Shown here: in pieces, positions 39,756 through 53,510 of the stretch
Layout: each line of letters starts with the position of its first letter
Position numbering within the stretch: the first letter of the stretch is position 1
Assembly: GCA_002104905.1 (NCBI GenBank)
Contig: MCFE01000187.1
Coordinates: forward strand, 73,614 to 137,613
Length of the DNA: 64,000 nt
Direction: 5' to 3'
DNA from: Basidiobolus meristosporus CBS 931.73
Taxonomy: Eukaryota; Fungi; Basidiobolomycota
Notes under the pieces: model-generated
Seen by the model: only the letters and a program-made list of their open reading frames with translations
Database searches by the model: none
What the model was told of the DNA's origin: nothing
Position numbers and translations under genes: made by a program

Positions 39756-41887
39756 GCATTCAGCTCTATGTTTGTAGTATAGCCACTCATATCCCATCAC
39801 AAACTCCTCACACAACGGCTGCAGATGCGTCAAGTTGGCATTGGTGATCTGCTTCTGGATAAATATTCCTACAATGTCCACATATGACTCCCAATGCTTC
39901 CAACATACTCTTGGTAGGAATGGCTTCAGAACACCACTTGAATAAATACATATCCAGTTCATCCAGTCTTTGCATTTGTATTGTTGCATATGCATACAAA
40001 TATTAATTGGAGCCCATGGGAAGTACTTAGAGTAGTGGATACTCTGTAATATCTTGCCAATTTTTTCAAATTTCTCTAGTATCTCAGAGCACTCATTTAG
40101 CTTAAAATGCCCATGTACAACTTGGTCATCAGTATAAGGATATTGCTGAAAAGCAAATGTATTGCTCCCAGTGGAAAGCTTTTGCTCCAATAGATACCCT
40201 CTATCTTAAGTATCTTTGGTTTCCATTTGATTTTGTATTCCGGCCAACAATTTTAGCTTGCCAACTTTGCTGCAATTGCATACTTACTTGTGTATGTTTT
40301 CTCTGTGCAAAAATGATGTTTTTAGTGCTGGCGTTTGGGTAATAATAATGTGTGTGAGTTATAGAGTAAATCCCCTGGATCTCACACATTTAACAGCAAT
40401 AACGTCCATTGTGCCCAGAAAACCCTGCTATCTTGCTGATGGCTGGGGTATCTCCAATGCAGATAATAATACACGCTTTCACATGACAGCCATTTACCAT
40501 TATCCCACTGGAAAGCATAGAAAACTCATCCAGCAATGGATACAGGTAGCTATCCAGGTGGGACGGTGATTTAGGCCCAGATACCAGTGAGACTACCATC
40601 AGATTATTGCTCTGATACCGTAAGATGGGCGGCAGATTCAGATTGATGATAATCAGTGGCCAGCAGGATTTGCTGGTAGAGTACTTGTTGGATGAGAATC
40701 CATCAAGTACTAAAGCAAAGGCATGGTCATACGTACCTTCATAGTAGCCCTTGCTTCTTAGCTGTTTGTAATGTTTGGCATCAAATATATCCGATATGTT
40801 TGCGCTTGATTGATACTGAGTGCAGTACTGTATAGCGTTGCAATACTTGTCAGACTGCATCAGCTTCCTCAGATGGGGTATGACTGGAATATATTTGGAG
40901 TGTGAACAATGTTTTCCCTAATAGTGGTGGATTCCTAACAATTTGGACATGTTGCAATGGTAGCATTTTTAGATGTGAATGCCATGCAACTGTTAACACA
41001 TGCTGAATCAGGACAGGCTCTGGATCATATGTTGCCAGCTGCATGATGGTTGTCCACTTGTACCATGTACATTGTAAGTTGCATCCCGGTATGATTTTGG
41101 CAAGAAGTAGTAATAAATCCTCAAAGCCCCCATCACTGATATTAGTGAAAATGCACCACTTCTCTAGCCACAACATTACATCATTTACCAGTAGATGAAT
41201 TACTGGGCTCACTTGGCTCCATAAAGTATCCTTGTCATTTGTTTCAACGGGTGTTGTCTCATTGCATATAGGGATTTGACTGGGCTCATATATGGTACTG
41301 TTCTTAGGAGTGATAGGCTCAAAATCCATCAGTGAACCTTCTTTATCATAGCTATCACTCTACATACCATATTCAGAAGGCTGAGGTGAGCCTAAAGGCA
41401 TCACAAGCTCACCTGACTCAGTTTGCACAAGGTGACATAGATGGCAATGTGCCAATATAGAAGTATCAACTGGCTGGCAAGATAATGTTGGTACAGTAGT
41501 GACCAATGAAGGGTCAAATATGACTTGGGTGGCAAAACACTGGCTGTGATCCTTGTAATACTTCCTATGCTGTCTACATGCTTTATGGCTGAGAGGCTTG
41601 GCACAATAGCCACATGGTCATTTTTCTCTTCTCTTATAGTATTGAGTCAAAGTAGTCTTGTCCATGGGGCAAGCAGTTTGACCCTCAACAACAGAATGCT
41701 ATAATATCACTTTTTGGTCAATACTCTTGTGAACTTAAGACAGTCTTGTATTTGAGACATTGCACCTACATGAATGTAAGATTCAATGATGACCTGCCAT
41801 AGTAAGCATCATAAATAAAGTTGTGGCACCACATACACATGTATATGTAACACTATTTCCCCTTTGGCTTGACTCACTTGCAATTAT

Positions 41888-44800
41888 TTGCTGCCAAAAA
41901 ATAAAGCAAAGTTGTCTGGTTATCAACCAAACCCCACAGCTGACAGCAACAGAAGAACAGTTGGACAGCAGCTTGCTTTGACATTCAGTGCAACTAGTGG
42001 GGCTACATCCAAAATAGGCCCTGTAGATAGTGTGCCAATTGAAGGTAATAATACAGACTCCTCAGGCTCTCAGTCAAGTAGGCAATTTATAATCTCTGCA
42101 GAGCCACAAGCTGACTGTTGTGCTCAGGCAGATGGGAATGTAGCAATTACAGTACCCTCAGTTGAAGATCAGCAAGTGGCCATGATAACATCACCACCAC
42201 CTATATTAGCAAGTATGTTGTCAGCTCACACCAAAGTACCAATGAAGCCATTAGGTGCAGTGACTGATAGGATAGATGCAATGGCCAAGAGAAATCAGGA
42301 AATTGTCCAGAAACAGGATGAGCGGATAATACGCATAGAGCAATCAATATTGCAGGTAGAGAAAGCAGAATCTTTGCTGCAACAAAGGAACTCAAGTAGC
42401 TCAATGTCACAGCCAAGAATTGAGCCATTTCCCAATGTGTCAGCAGAAGCACACTGTACAGTCTTTGAAGCACAACAACAGTGTCCAAAGATAAAGCCCA
42501 CAGAAAAACCTATCACAGCATGGGAGGAAGACAATGTGGTGTTTATACCAAAGCCTAAAAATCAAAAGACATTAAAGATCTGTGAAGCCGTTGAGTTCAA
42601 TAATGAAGAGTGTGCTAATATACAAGAGGCTGTCAGAAGTCTAGCATGCCATCACTTCATGGCTGGCACACCATGAAACCATCAGGTACTCAAGGCCAAG
42701 CAAAATGCACTTGACTTTTTCCATGAGGATTACCCTGGGTTCAAATGGGCAAACAGATTTTGGGCCAGGATTGGTATACCAAGAAGGTATCTTAAGAAAA
42801 GCAGAAACTATAAAAGGCAGAAGAACAAGGGTGCCATGGCTAAAAACCAGCAGCTTCCTCAAGAGCCTGTTACAAGCAGGGCCAAAAGCTCCAGACAAGC
42901 ATCAAAGAGATGTCAGGTAGCTGGAAGAGTGCCAATTAGGGACAAGCAGGCAGATATGGATGCACCAGCACACCATTTATCTAGGAAAAGGCGTAGTACC
43001 ACTCAAGAAGCACCCAGTCAAAGTAGCCATGAAGGATCTGGCAGTGATAAAAACTAGCCACTGTGGTGGTATATAAGTCTAAAGGGCAAAATATGGCCAA
43101 CACTTCTCAAGTGTGAATGTGTGTGGGATGATCACTGGGTGCAATAACCTCTGGCAAAAGCTTGCTAGGAATACTGGTTCTTTTGTTTAATCTAAGGTGA
43201 AGGGGGATAAAGCCTCAAACTTTTCAAGGGAAAACTATTGAGCTACAATCCCCAACATAGGTAGCATCTTAACAAAAGCTTATAATGGCTTCAATGTCCT
43301 TTGAGATGACAGTGTACTAAAGCTTTCAAAGTCAAAACATCTATAAACTCTACCAACAGGGACTTGATAAGAATGCAGCTTTGACCAATAGTTACAAAGA
43401 CTGAAAAGTATCTTTGCCTTTACAAGAACAAACTTGTGAAAACAATCAAATATAATAAAAGATACCTACTCTGAATACTCCTCATAAGTAGTGCCTCCAA
43501 GGTCAGTTGGCTGTCAGTGCAGTTTCCTGGGAGTATTGTCAGGTCTGCGTCAGAAGGTAGTGGTAATAGGCAGCTGTGATCTCACTACTCAATAAGTTGG
43601 AATATTGGATGAGGGATGATTTTTTTGTAAAGGATAGCCTCCCTCATATACTTTTTTGCTGCTCAAATTCTTGCTAGAAAATACTTTCCAGAAGTTTCCA
43701 GAAGGCAGTAGACAGCCAATCATGTTGTTGTGTACTATAAATAGCTCAAATTTTTGGCAGATTGTTCCATGAGACATTGTGGTACTTAGCCAATCAGAGA
43801 GTTGTAATATGAAACCTCTGTGTCAGGTAGTTACCTCATATGGTAGTAGGATAAGAGGGTTATGAAACCAGGATGGTCACATGACATAGGCACTGTTGGG
43901 GGTACTTGCCATATATGGTAACTATCTTATCTTGGCATCTTGGCAAGGAATAGGAAGAGCTTGTGCAATGGGTCAATAGTGACAAATAGTTTACCAGGTT
44001 AGAGAGTAATAACCACATAGACAGATAGAAAATATTGCAATTTGGGATGATACTAATATAGGGGGTGGTAATCCTTTTTTGGGAAGTGAATGTATGGGAA
44101 TGAACACATCTGCCTGTGGGTGTCACTGTGACCCCACTATACCGCTTTACAGGAGCCTGTCACAACTATGGTTGGGAGCTCAAAACAAGTGGAAAAGAAA
44201 TGTCAGGTTGCCAGAAGAGTGCCAGCAAGGGACAAGCAGGCCAAAATGAATGTGTCAGAGCAGAATTTATCCAGGAGAAAATGTAGTTCTTTACAAGAAG
44301 CACTCAGACAAAGTAGCAGTGAAAGACCTGGCAGTGATGAAGGATAAGGCAAGGGGAAAAATGTCTACTCAAGCGTGAGACAAGGAGGCATGCAAAAGAA
44401 ACTGCAGTTCTTGCCAATTAATGCCGCAAGCCAGGAACAGACTGAATCCTGTCATAGCCAAGAAGAATTACCAACAAGAAAACAGCTGTTTTCACAAGAG
44501 TCGGAAGTGCAGCCAGTTGAGCTACACTCTAGCAAGGTAGATGAGTTTGCTGAAAAAGGCAATTTGTCTACCACAGCCTCCATTGTTGACAGAGTGGAGA
44601 TCATACTGATAGACAAGGCTACAATGTCAAGAGCTCAAAAGACTATTACAATGCCTTCAGTGGAGTTTTGGAACATTAATAGGCACACCAAGAGGTTGCA
44701 GCACTTCTTCAAGAGCTGTGCTCAAGAAAATGCACTGGAATATTGCAAGGATTTATTGCAAAGACTGGCAGATGAGGAGCTAGACCTTGTGGTGCTGGCT

Positions 44801-45031
44801 GAAGACCAGGACATGTGGTAACCAGTTAATGAACAGTGGCATAAAGCTGTTGAGCTCCCGCCAAAGTCATGGAACCAGAGCATTACAGCAGAAATACTTA
44901 TTGAGTGATGAATATAAATGGAGTTACTTGTTGAGTGTGGGGTTGGGCTTAATGTTGGTGTGGGGTATAAAGACTTGTATAGGTCAATACAATTGGCAAT
45001 TGAGGTACAACTGAAGTTTCAATGGAGATAA
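41888..45031 (+). pseudogene. CACTA second gene, best-preserved copy (split by LTR B)
   Basis: ORFs 41888-42676 and 44375-44821, plus in-frame continuations. Confidence 0.7.
43062..44141 (-). mobile_element. Solo LTR, family B (diverged)
   Basis: Reverse complement of the B LTR. TSD CCAC/CCGC. Confidence 0.9.
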
Positions 45032-46792
45032 ATCAATTTGTATGCATGAAAAGTATGAGAAATGGTTGAGTCATGAAGTAATGAGTGTGCAAAAGAGGCA
45101 ATAGCCAATCAATTCACACAAATATAGGAGGCAATAGTGTGTCCAGGATCAGAAAGTGAGCAAATTGGCAGGGAACCAATCAAAACGCACATCTGCATTA
45201 GACTTGTTCTGTTGGGTAGTGCCACATTGAGCCATGAGTGCCAAATGATGCCATAGAGTGCCATGGGGGCAAAGTGATCCTACGCTTGGCCACAGAGTAT
45301 GCAGCATTGCTCTGCATCTTCATGCAAAGCAGCCCCTGTGTTTCACCCAATGTGTTGGAGAAAATCCATTTTTTGACCTTTTTTTTAGGTCAATACAGTA
45401 CATGATGTGTAAGTGCACAAAAGGATTGAAGATATGCATCTGGTACTCAATACCCATGGCACTCTGAATCTAGCTCCTGTGGCTTGTAACATGTCACAGA
45501 AATGCATGGCACTATCTTGGTCCACTAGTACTATCTGGCACTATCAGTTCTTTGCATTGATCTTACTTCAGGGCTAATAATAAAATAGAGTGACAGATAG
45601 TACTAGTGGACCAAGATTGTGCCATGCATTTTTGTGACATGTTACAAGCCACAGGAGCTAGATTCAGAGTGCCATGGGTATTGAGTACCAGATGCATATC
45701 TTCAATCCTTTAGTGCACTAACACATCCTGCACAACTTTGATCCACAAAAAAACATCAAAGAATGGATTTTCTCCTGCATCATAGGTAAAACACAGGGAC
45801 TGCTTTGCATGAAGATGCAGAGCTATGTTTCACACTCTGTGGCCAAGTATAGGTTCACTTGGCCACTCTGGCACACCATGGCATCATTTGGCACTCATGG
45901 CTCAATGTGGCACTATCCAACGGTGCAGTGGGGTGACATTGACTCCCACTGACAGGTGTGCTCATTCCCATATTTTCTACTTCCCTATATCTCTACTACA
46001 TTTATTTTAGTTTTATCCCATTTGTCTTACCTGATCAGTACTATCCCATAAGCTGGTTGACTATTATACCTGCTTACCCTATTGCATAAATTACCCCTCA
46101 CATTATGTAAGATTACTAGTTATAAGTGCTTCTATATTAGGCAAGTACCTGCGCCAGTACCCATGGCACGTGATCAACCCGTGTCACCATCCCACCATTT
46201 TCCTACCATATATGGTATCCCTGTGTTACACAGGTTTCAGAATACTGTTCCCTGATTGGCTGGATGTGCTGTGCCTCTTAGAACCTTCCAGCACCTACTT
46301 AGAACATTCTTAGGTCATTCCAATGTCCTTAAGATTTCTATTGATATCTGGAACCTTCTGGAACACTATGATTAGTGATCACTTAGCTAGTAAGAGAAGT
46401 ATATAAGGGAGGCTATCCCTCAACAATAAATCATCATCCCTTTTATCAATATACCAACTTGTTGATTAGTGTGATCACCGCTACCTGCTGCTACCTGAAC
46501 TTCCAACCCCAGACCACAAGAAACTCCCAGGAAACCGCACTGATAGCCAACTGACCTTGTAGGCACTACATGTGAGGAATACTCAGAGTAGGTATCTATT
46601 ATAATATTTGATTCATTCCCAAGTTTGTTCTTATACAGGCAAAGATACTTTTCTGTCTTTGTAACTATTGACCACAGCTGCATTCTTATCACATCCCTGC
46701 TTGTGGAGTTTACAGTTGTTTTGACTTTGGAAGCTTTAGTACATTGTCATCTCAAAGGACGCTGAACCCCGCATATACTTTTGTTAGGACAC

Positions 46793-47596
46793 TGTGGTGG
46801 TGTAGAGGTACGCCTGGGAGAAGCTATACAACTCAAGGTGTGTGAGGTGTCTGATGGGTGCAATAGCCTCTGTGTCTAAACTGCTGGTGTCTTTGTCAAT
46901 ACGTCACTATGGTAAAAGCTCCTGCTTCTTGAGCTACCTAGGTGCTCCAAGTGTCTCCAAAGGCCTCTGTGTGTCTTGTGCACTAACCTGAAAAGCTCCT
47001 TGATGGCAGGTCTGAGATATACTGTTGAAGGCAGGTGCAGTGATCAACTGCTAATTAATAAGGGAGAAGTGTTATTGATAGAAGGGATGATTTATTGATG
47101 AGGGATAGCTTTCCCTTAAATACTTTTCTTAATGGCTAAGTGATTACCAAGGACAAGGTTCTTGAAGATTCTAGGGAGCAGTGGAATTCTTGATGACAAC
47201 ACTATGAGCTAAAAATATGCCAAGAATGTCCCAGAAGGTTCTAAAAGGCACAGCACATCCAACCAATCAGGAATCAGTAGTCTGAAACATGTGCAACATA
47301 GAAATACCATATATGGTACTGAAATGGTAGGGATGGTAACACAGATATATGTCATGTGTCACAGGTACTGACGTGGGTACTTGCCTTATGTAGCTACAGA
47401 TACTGCTCACAAGGCTGAATAACATCTGGGATAACTAATGCTAATAACTAATCAGGGTAAACAGCATATGGGGATAATACTAATAATATGAGCAAAAGAA
47501 GAATGGGATAATACTGATAAGATAAAATATGGATAAGTATATCATAATGGCTCTATGAATAAACATGACTGTGGGAGGTATGTTTACCCTACCACA
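46793..47596 (-). mobile_element. Solo LTR, family C
   Basis: Reverse complement of 38945-39755. Flanks ACAC/ACAC. Confidence 0.92.
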
Positions 47597-47600
47597 ACAC

Positions 47601-48669
47601 TGTGGTGGTGTATAGGTCCAAGGGAGAGATACGTCCAACACTTCTCAAGTGTTTTGTGTGTGGGGTGTTCACTGGGTGCAATAACCTCTGGCAAAAGCTT
47701 GCTAGGAATACTTGGGTTCTGTCTCTAGTCTAATGTGAAGGGGAATAAAGCCACAAGCTTGTCAAGGGAAAACTATTGAGCTACAATCCCCAACTTAGTT
47801 GGCGTCTTAACAAAAGTATGTGCTGGGTTCAGCATCCTTTGAGATGACAATGTACTAAAGCTTCCAAAGTCAAAACAACTGTAAACTCCACCAGCAGGGA
47901 CTTGATAAGAATGCAGCTGTGGTCAATAATTACAAAGACAGAAAAGTATCTTTGCCTGTACAAGAACAAACTTGGGAAAGAATCAAATATAACAAAAGGT
48001 ACCTACTCTGAGTATTCCTCACAAGTAGTGCCTCCAAGGTCAGTTGGCTGTCAGCACAGTCTCCTGGGAGTGTCCTTTGGTCTGGGGTTGGAAGTTCAGG
48101 TAGCAGCAGGTAGTAGTGATAACACTAATCAACAAGTTGGTATATTGATAAAAGGGATGATGATTTATTGTAGAGGGATAGCCTCCCTTATATACTTTTC
48201 TCACTGGCTAAGTGATTACTAATCACGGTGTTCCAGAAGGTTCCAGACATCAATAGAAATCTTAATGACATCAGAATGACCTAAGAATGTTCTAAGTAGG
48301 TGCCAGAAGGTTCTAAGAGGCACAGCACATCCAACCAATCAGGAATCAGTATTCTGAAACCTGTGTAACATGGGGATACCATATATGGTATGAAAATGGT
48401 GGGATGAAGATATGGGTTGATTATGCTTCATGGGTACTGGCACGGGTACTTGCCTACTATATAAGCACTTATAGCTAGTAATCTACATAAAGTGAGGGGT
48501 AACTTTTGCAATAAGGTAAGCAGGTGTGACAGTCAACCGGCTTATGGGATAGTACTGATTGGGTAAGACAAATGGGATAAAACTAAAATAAATGTAGTAG
48601 AGATATAGGGAAGTAGAAAATGAGGGAACAAGCACATCTGTCAGTGGGTGTCACTGTCACCCCACTACA
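47601..48669 (-). mobile_element. Solo LTR, family B
   Basis: Reverse complement of 60281-61351. Flanks ACAC/ATGC. Confidence 0.92.
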
Positions 48670-49051
48670 ATGCCTACCAAGTTGGGGATTGTAGCTCAAT
48701 AGTTTTCCCTTGACAAGCTTGTGGCTTTATTCCCCTTCACATTAGATTAGAAACAGAACCCAAGTATTCTTAGCAAGCTTTGGCCACAGGTTATTGCACA
48801 CAGTGAATACCCCACACAAGACACTTGAGAAGTGTTGGATGTATTTCTCCCTTGGACCTATACACCACCACAACAGAACAAGTCTATTGTTGTGATGAGA
48901 AATTTTGACTAAGTTTTTTGTGAAATCTGGGGTGCAATTATTTTGGAATGGTCTATGGACAGTGTCCCAACAAGATCACTACCTCTTAGTTGCAGGACTA
49001 TAACTTTGTGACAGCCTTTTGACAGGATCATCTCAATAATATTACATAGGA

Positions 49052-51260
49052 TCTATGGAGTCTTCAGTTGTAATTTAATTGCCAACTGTGCTGGCCTATG
49101 CAACTCCCTATTCCCAATAATAACATTGAGCCTTATTTTTCACTCAGCAAGTAACCCTATTAAAATCTGATAAGTACCTCTACCACAGAGCCATTTTTAA
49201 TGATTTCTGTGGGAACTATATGGCTCTATGCAGTTGTTTATTCACTGGCTCACAAATGTGCTGGTCTGCAGCTGGCACTGCAAGGTCAAGCACCTTGTCT
49301 GCCAGTCTTTGCAGTAAATATGGCAGTCTTCAAGTGAGTTTTCTTGAGCACTACTCTGAAAGAAGTGTTACAACCACCCTGTATTCCTATTGATGTTCCA
49401 GGTTTCCACTCTAGGAATTGCAATAGTCTCCTGAGTCCTCAACACTGTGGCTTTGTCTGTCAGTGGGACCTACATATTAGATTTGTCCCATCATTCCAGC
49501 TGATCATAGTGCCCAATAGTGCCATAACATGCCAGATGGAGCCTGATCATGCCACAGAGTGCCAGACAGTGCCATACAGTGCCAATTTGGGATCAAAATG
49601 ACATGCATATGACCCTAAAATATCAAATAATAGCAAAATATAGAGCACTTTTTGGCACTATGATCAATGGCACAATGAAACAAGTCTATTGTTAGCAATG
49701 AAAGAAATGGGGGCTCTGGTAGATGCATTATCTTTCTCTTCATACACATCTACCTCACTGCAGTGTACCTAAAATGGCTGAGCTGCCAGCTGCTGTGAAC
49801 ACAGCTGTTGTCTTACTGGTAATACTTTTTGGCCATAATGGGATTCAGCCTGCTCTGGGTTGACAGACTTTTTACAACCTCTTCAGTATTAGCCTCTTCA
49901 TCATCATAATACTGAATGGCTTCAGGTATTGTCCATGTCTTATGCTTTTTAGGCTTTGGTATATATATCACTGTCTTTCCTTCTTGTGCTGTGATAGTTT
50001 TCTCACAGGCTTTATCTTAGGCATTGTTGTTGTGCTTTTAAGAATATATGGTGCTCTTCTGCTGTCACATTGGAAAATGGTGATGTTCTTGGCTGTGACA
50101 TTGAGCCACTTGAGCTCCTTTATTGCAGCCTATATGCCACATTCTCTACCTGGGATACAGATTGCTCTACATGTGTTATTTGCTCATTCTGTCTCTGGAC
50201 ATTATTTGGATTTCACTTAGCCATAGCATCTGTCCTGTTAGTCACTGTACCTAATTGCCTCATCAATACTTTGGTCTGAGCAGACAGCATTCTTGCTAAC
50301 ACTGAAGGTGGTGATGTTATGACAATCTTTTGTGGTACTTCTGCAGCAGGTACTATGTTTCCTACATTTCCATCTGTCAGTGCATTATGGTCAGCTTGTT
50401 GCTCTGCAAAGACTCTCAAATACCTACCTGATGGAGAGCATGAGGAGTCTGCACTGTTATCCTCAGGGCACACACTGTTAATATGGCTCTTTTTAGATGT
50501 AGACTTGCTTGTTACCCTGAATGTCAAAGTAAGCTGCTGTCCAAGCATTCTCTGCTATTTTGGGGCACAATGTCTGCAGTGAAACTTTGGAACATTAATA
50601 GGCACACCAAGAGGATTCAGCAGTTCTTGAGTAGCATCATGCAACAACATATATTGTAAGAGCATATTGCAAAGACTGGCTGATCAGGTGACAGATCTTG
50701 CAGTATCAGCTGAAGACCATGACATATGAGTACCTGTGAATGAACCATGGCATAAAGACATAGGGTCCCCATTAAAGTCATGTGCAAGAGGTGTTATGAC
50801 AGACGCACTTATTGAATGGTGTATTTTGATGGTATTTGCTTGTAGATTGTGAGGTTGGGCTTAATTTTTGTGTTAATTATAGGGATTTGTGTGGGTCAGT
50901 ACAATTGTAGATTGAGTTACTACTAAAAGTGCACTGGAAATAGACCAATTTATATGCATGCAAAGTCAGAGCATTGGTTGAGTCAGAAAGTAAGAAGTGT
51001 GAAAAGAAGGAATAGTCAATTAATGTGCCCAAAATGAGTGTCTGGGATGTGAAAGTGAGAGAATTGACAGACAACCATTCAAAAGTCACTTCTGAGTTGC
51101 TGTGTTGGAAAATTTTGACCACATGCTTTGTAAAACATGGGGTGCAATTTTTCTCAGTGGTATTTGCAAGGTGTCCATATGGCACCCCTGAGTTGACAAA
51201 ACTCAACCAAATCAGCAAGGCTTGGTGCCAGCTGAAAAATCTGACTTCACCTGTCATTTT
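49052..51260 (-). mobile_element. Scrambled CACTA second-gene and subterminal fragments
   Basis: ORFs 50213-50548 (GQQLTLTF..ITSPPSVLARMLSAQTK) and 42201-like antisense ORFs; subterminal block at 51090-51200. Confidence 0.65.
49479..49687. mobile_element. MITE of the Harbinger-like family (209 bp), inverse orientation to 38331-38511
   Basis: AGATTTGT...ACAAGTCT. TSD ATT/ATT. Confidence 0.88.
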
Positions 51261-52223
51261 AAGGCCATGAGTCTGATATATGTCTTGCTAGGAACATGTT
51301 CAGGTATCTTACATTGGAGTTGTTAGCCAGCATAATCAAAAGCATGGATCTGATAATATTGCAGCAGTTGACTTGACTTTTGATTACTTGAAAAGAACTG
51401 CTGATATCTGCTCAAGGTGCACCTATCAGGACTGAGAACAGAATCTTGTAGGACATTCTGATGCTGATTGGGGACATATTAGACTTGTTCCATCGTACCG
51501 TGCCAGGGCATGCAGCGCGATCCGCGGTCGCAAAGAACAACTGGGCGCGATATTATAGCTACCAGAAGGCAGGATCGTTCTTGGACGATTTTGCACTATG
51601 CGGGACAATCTTGCACACTATGGCACAATCTGACACAATGAGGTTGGCGCGGATGATCGCGCCAACTCGTAATGCTTGCATCACATGCGCAATTGGATAC
51701 CGCTATAATGGCAGGTAAAATCCGGTATTTGAATATGTTTCTTTAATGTAAATGGAAATAAATGTGTATCACACTATAAACTACACTGATACTTACCAAT
51801 TTGGTTACCCTCACTCCAATTGGACGGTATCTCAGTGGTTAATTGGTCCAAAAGTATCCTGAAGCTGGCAGCCCCCAATTGGCTCATTGACTACTGAAAA
51901 AGCTACCTGATTTGCCATCAAATATCCCATTTTGCCCATTGAGCAAGTAAATCCCTGATCCTAGTGATTGGGCAAGGTGTCATAGCTAGCACGCAAGCAA
52001 TCGTGTAGGTGCAAAACAGATCCAATAGCTGCACTGGTATTACAGTTGACGTATATATATGCAGGGTGTTTATTTATAGGGGTTCTGTCTCAAATGTGAG
52101 ACGACCTTGATATTACCTATATCAAAAATTTGATGATCACTGATTTGCGATGGCTCAATTTGGATCGCAAAAAAAAAGGGTTGTCGGGATCATTACAAAT
52201 GTGAGCGATTCAAAGCAATCACA

Positions 52224-53510
52224 TCATCTTCTCCTGGGTTTTTTTCTCACAGGGATTACTACTGAAGCATTTGGTAGTGACTCACTTTGCACACCTATAC
52301 TACTTCCTGGCTGACTATCATCTTGGCTACTTGTGTATTCGTAGTCAGTATTTTGCCTCCTAGTTGATGAGTGCAATGCTGCAGCTTGGCCGCGCTGAAT
52401 CGCTCCGACTGAACCAACTGAACCAACTGAACCGGCCTGTAGTGCCATGCGCTGACGCGTTCTTTTACTTGCCAAGGGCTCCGGTGGTTGAGTCACTTCA
52501 TGTTGGTCATCATCAGTCAGTTCACCAGAAGTAACTTGCTGATGGTCAGGCAAAACGGCACGCGCAGGCGCGCCTTGACGCGTTGAGATGGCCCTTGGCT
52601 GAGTTTGATGTGATGCCGCATGTTGACGCGACTCGGTCCGCTCCAATGGACTTGTGTCTAAATGAGCAGTTTGGCGAGTTCTGGTAGTTTTGCTCTGAAG
52701 CGCGCGCGTTGACCCGATGTGCGTTGACCCAATGCGCGTTGACTCAATGCGCATTGACTCGACGCGGGGCGTTCTGGTAAAGGGTGTTGGCATGGTCTGG
52801 ACTGACGTGCGCTGGCGCACTGTGGTTGCAAGAGATGGTAGGGAATCCAGCAAGGCATGCTGGCGCAATCTGGACGATGTTGCTCGCGGTCTGTATTCTT
52901 CCTCCTGAAGCTCACCATCTGATTCCTCAAGGTATTCACTTACCCTCTGTCTGATACTTTGGAGCTGTTGCCTGGATGAGTCCTGTGTATATTGCTCTTG
53001 GAAGCCACTTAGCTCTACTAATATATCACGTAGTACATTAGTCATTTGAGGCAAAAACTCATTCAAAATCTCTTTGGTTCCCAAAGTTGAGGCACGAACA
53101 GACGCGTCCGGCCTGTACTGTGCAAATTGCGCGCAAAATCATTCCTGCGCAGCTTCCTCGTCCAATCCCCTCACTCTCAGCTCATTCTTGATTTCAATAC
53201 TTGTCTTGTTATATATCTTTTTACATACATCAGCTGGCATCTTGATGTAGAACTCATGCCACAGCTTTCTACTCAAATTCTTCCATCTTTGTCGACTCTC
53301 TGAGGTATCTAGTTCTGCTAGATTAATCAGTAGTGCCCAAATATCTGTATGAAGGCTCATTATAGACACTTGGGCTATACTAAAATCATTTGGCAAGAAC
53401 TCGAACGGATCCGACATCGACTTCTCCGGTCCGGACCGCGCTAGTGAGCTGGGGGATGGGTTTTGTCTGGGTTGTACTAAAGATGAGTTGAGGCTTGGTA
53501 TGGGGACCAT
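52224..53510 (-). pseudogene. Harbinger accessory protein (428 codons, possible Myb/SANT-like N-terminal helix RQRWKNLSRK); one internal TGA at 53139-41
   Basis: ORFs 53139-53510 and 52224-53084 are in the same frame, with an open linker between them. Confidence 0.75.

Larger units (their letters stand above)
37780..41665 (-). pseudogene. Best-preserved Tnp2-type transposase pseudogene (interrupted by a MITE and LTR C)
   Basis: ORFs 40850-41329, 40390-40860 (FALVLDGF..NLNLPPILRYQ..SGPKSP..IGDTPAISKIAGFSGHNGRYCC), 39669-40190, 38487-38900. Confidence 0.9.
45924..48872 (+). mobile_element. Solo LTR, family B, carrying two nested LTRs
   Basis: TGCAGTGGGG...ACCACCACA. TSD ACGG/ACAG. Confidence 0.9.
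45200..48885. mobile_element. Foldback MITE of the Harbinger-like family (~730 bp, ~335-bp inverted arms), split by LTR B
   Basis: AGACTTGTTC...GAACAAGTCT. TSD ATT/ATT. 45200-~45535 is the inverse of ~45593-45923. Confidence 0.9.
37765..49051. mobile_element. CACTA-like copy lacking the left terminus, with nested MITEs and LTRs
   Basis: Transposase (-) from ATG at 41665; second gene (+) 41888-45031; right terminus catagga at 49051. Confidence 0.85.

Noticed and set aside
36749-49051. Compound element bounded by two inverted CACTA ends with TSD TCA/TCT
   Set aside because: The flanks do not rejoin into one continuous sequence, so the 2/3 match is probably chance.
52400-52780. Short tandem repeats (9-bp GSV x3; 15-bp ESTRI-like x4-5)
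   Set aside because: Ordinary low-complexity expansions inside the accessory ORF.
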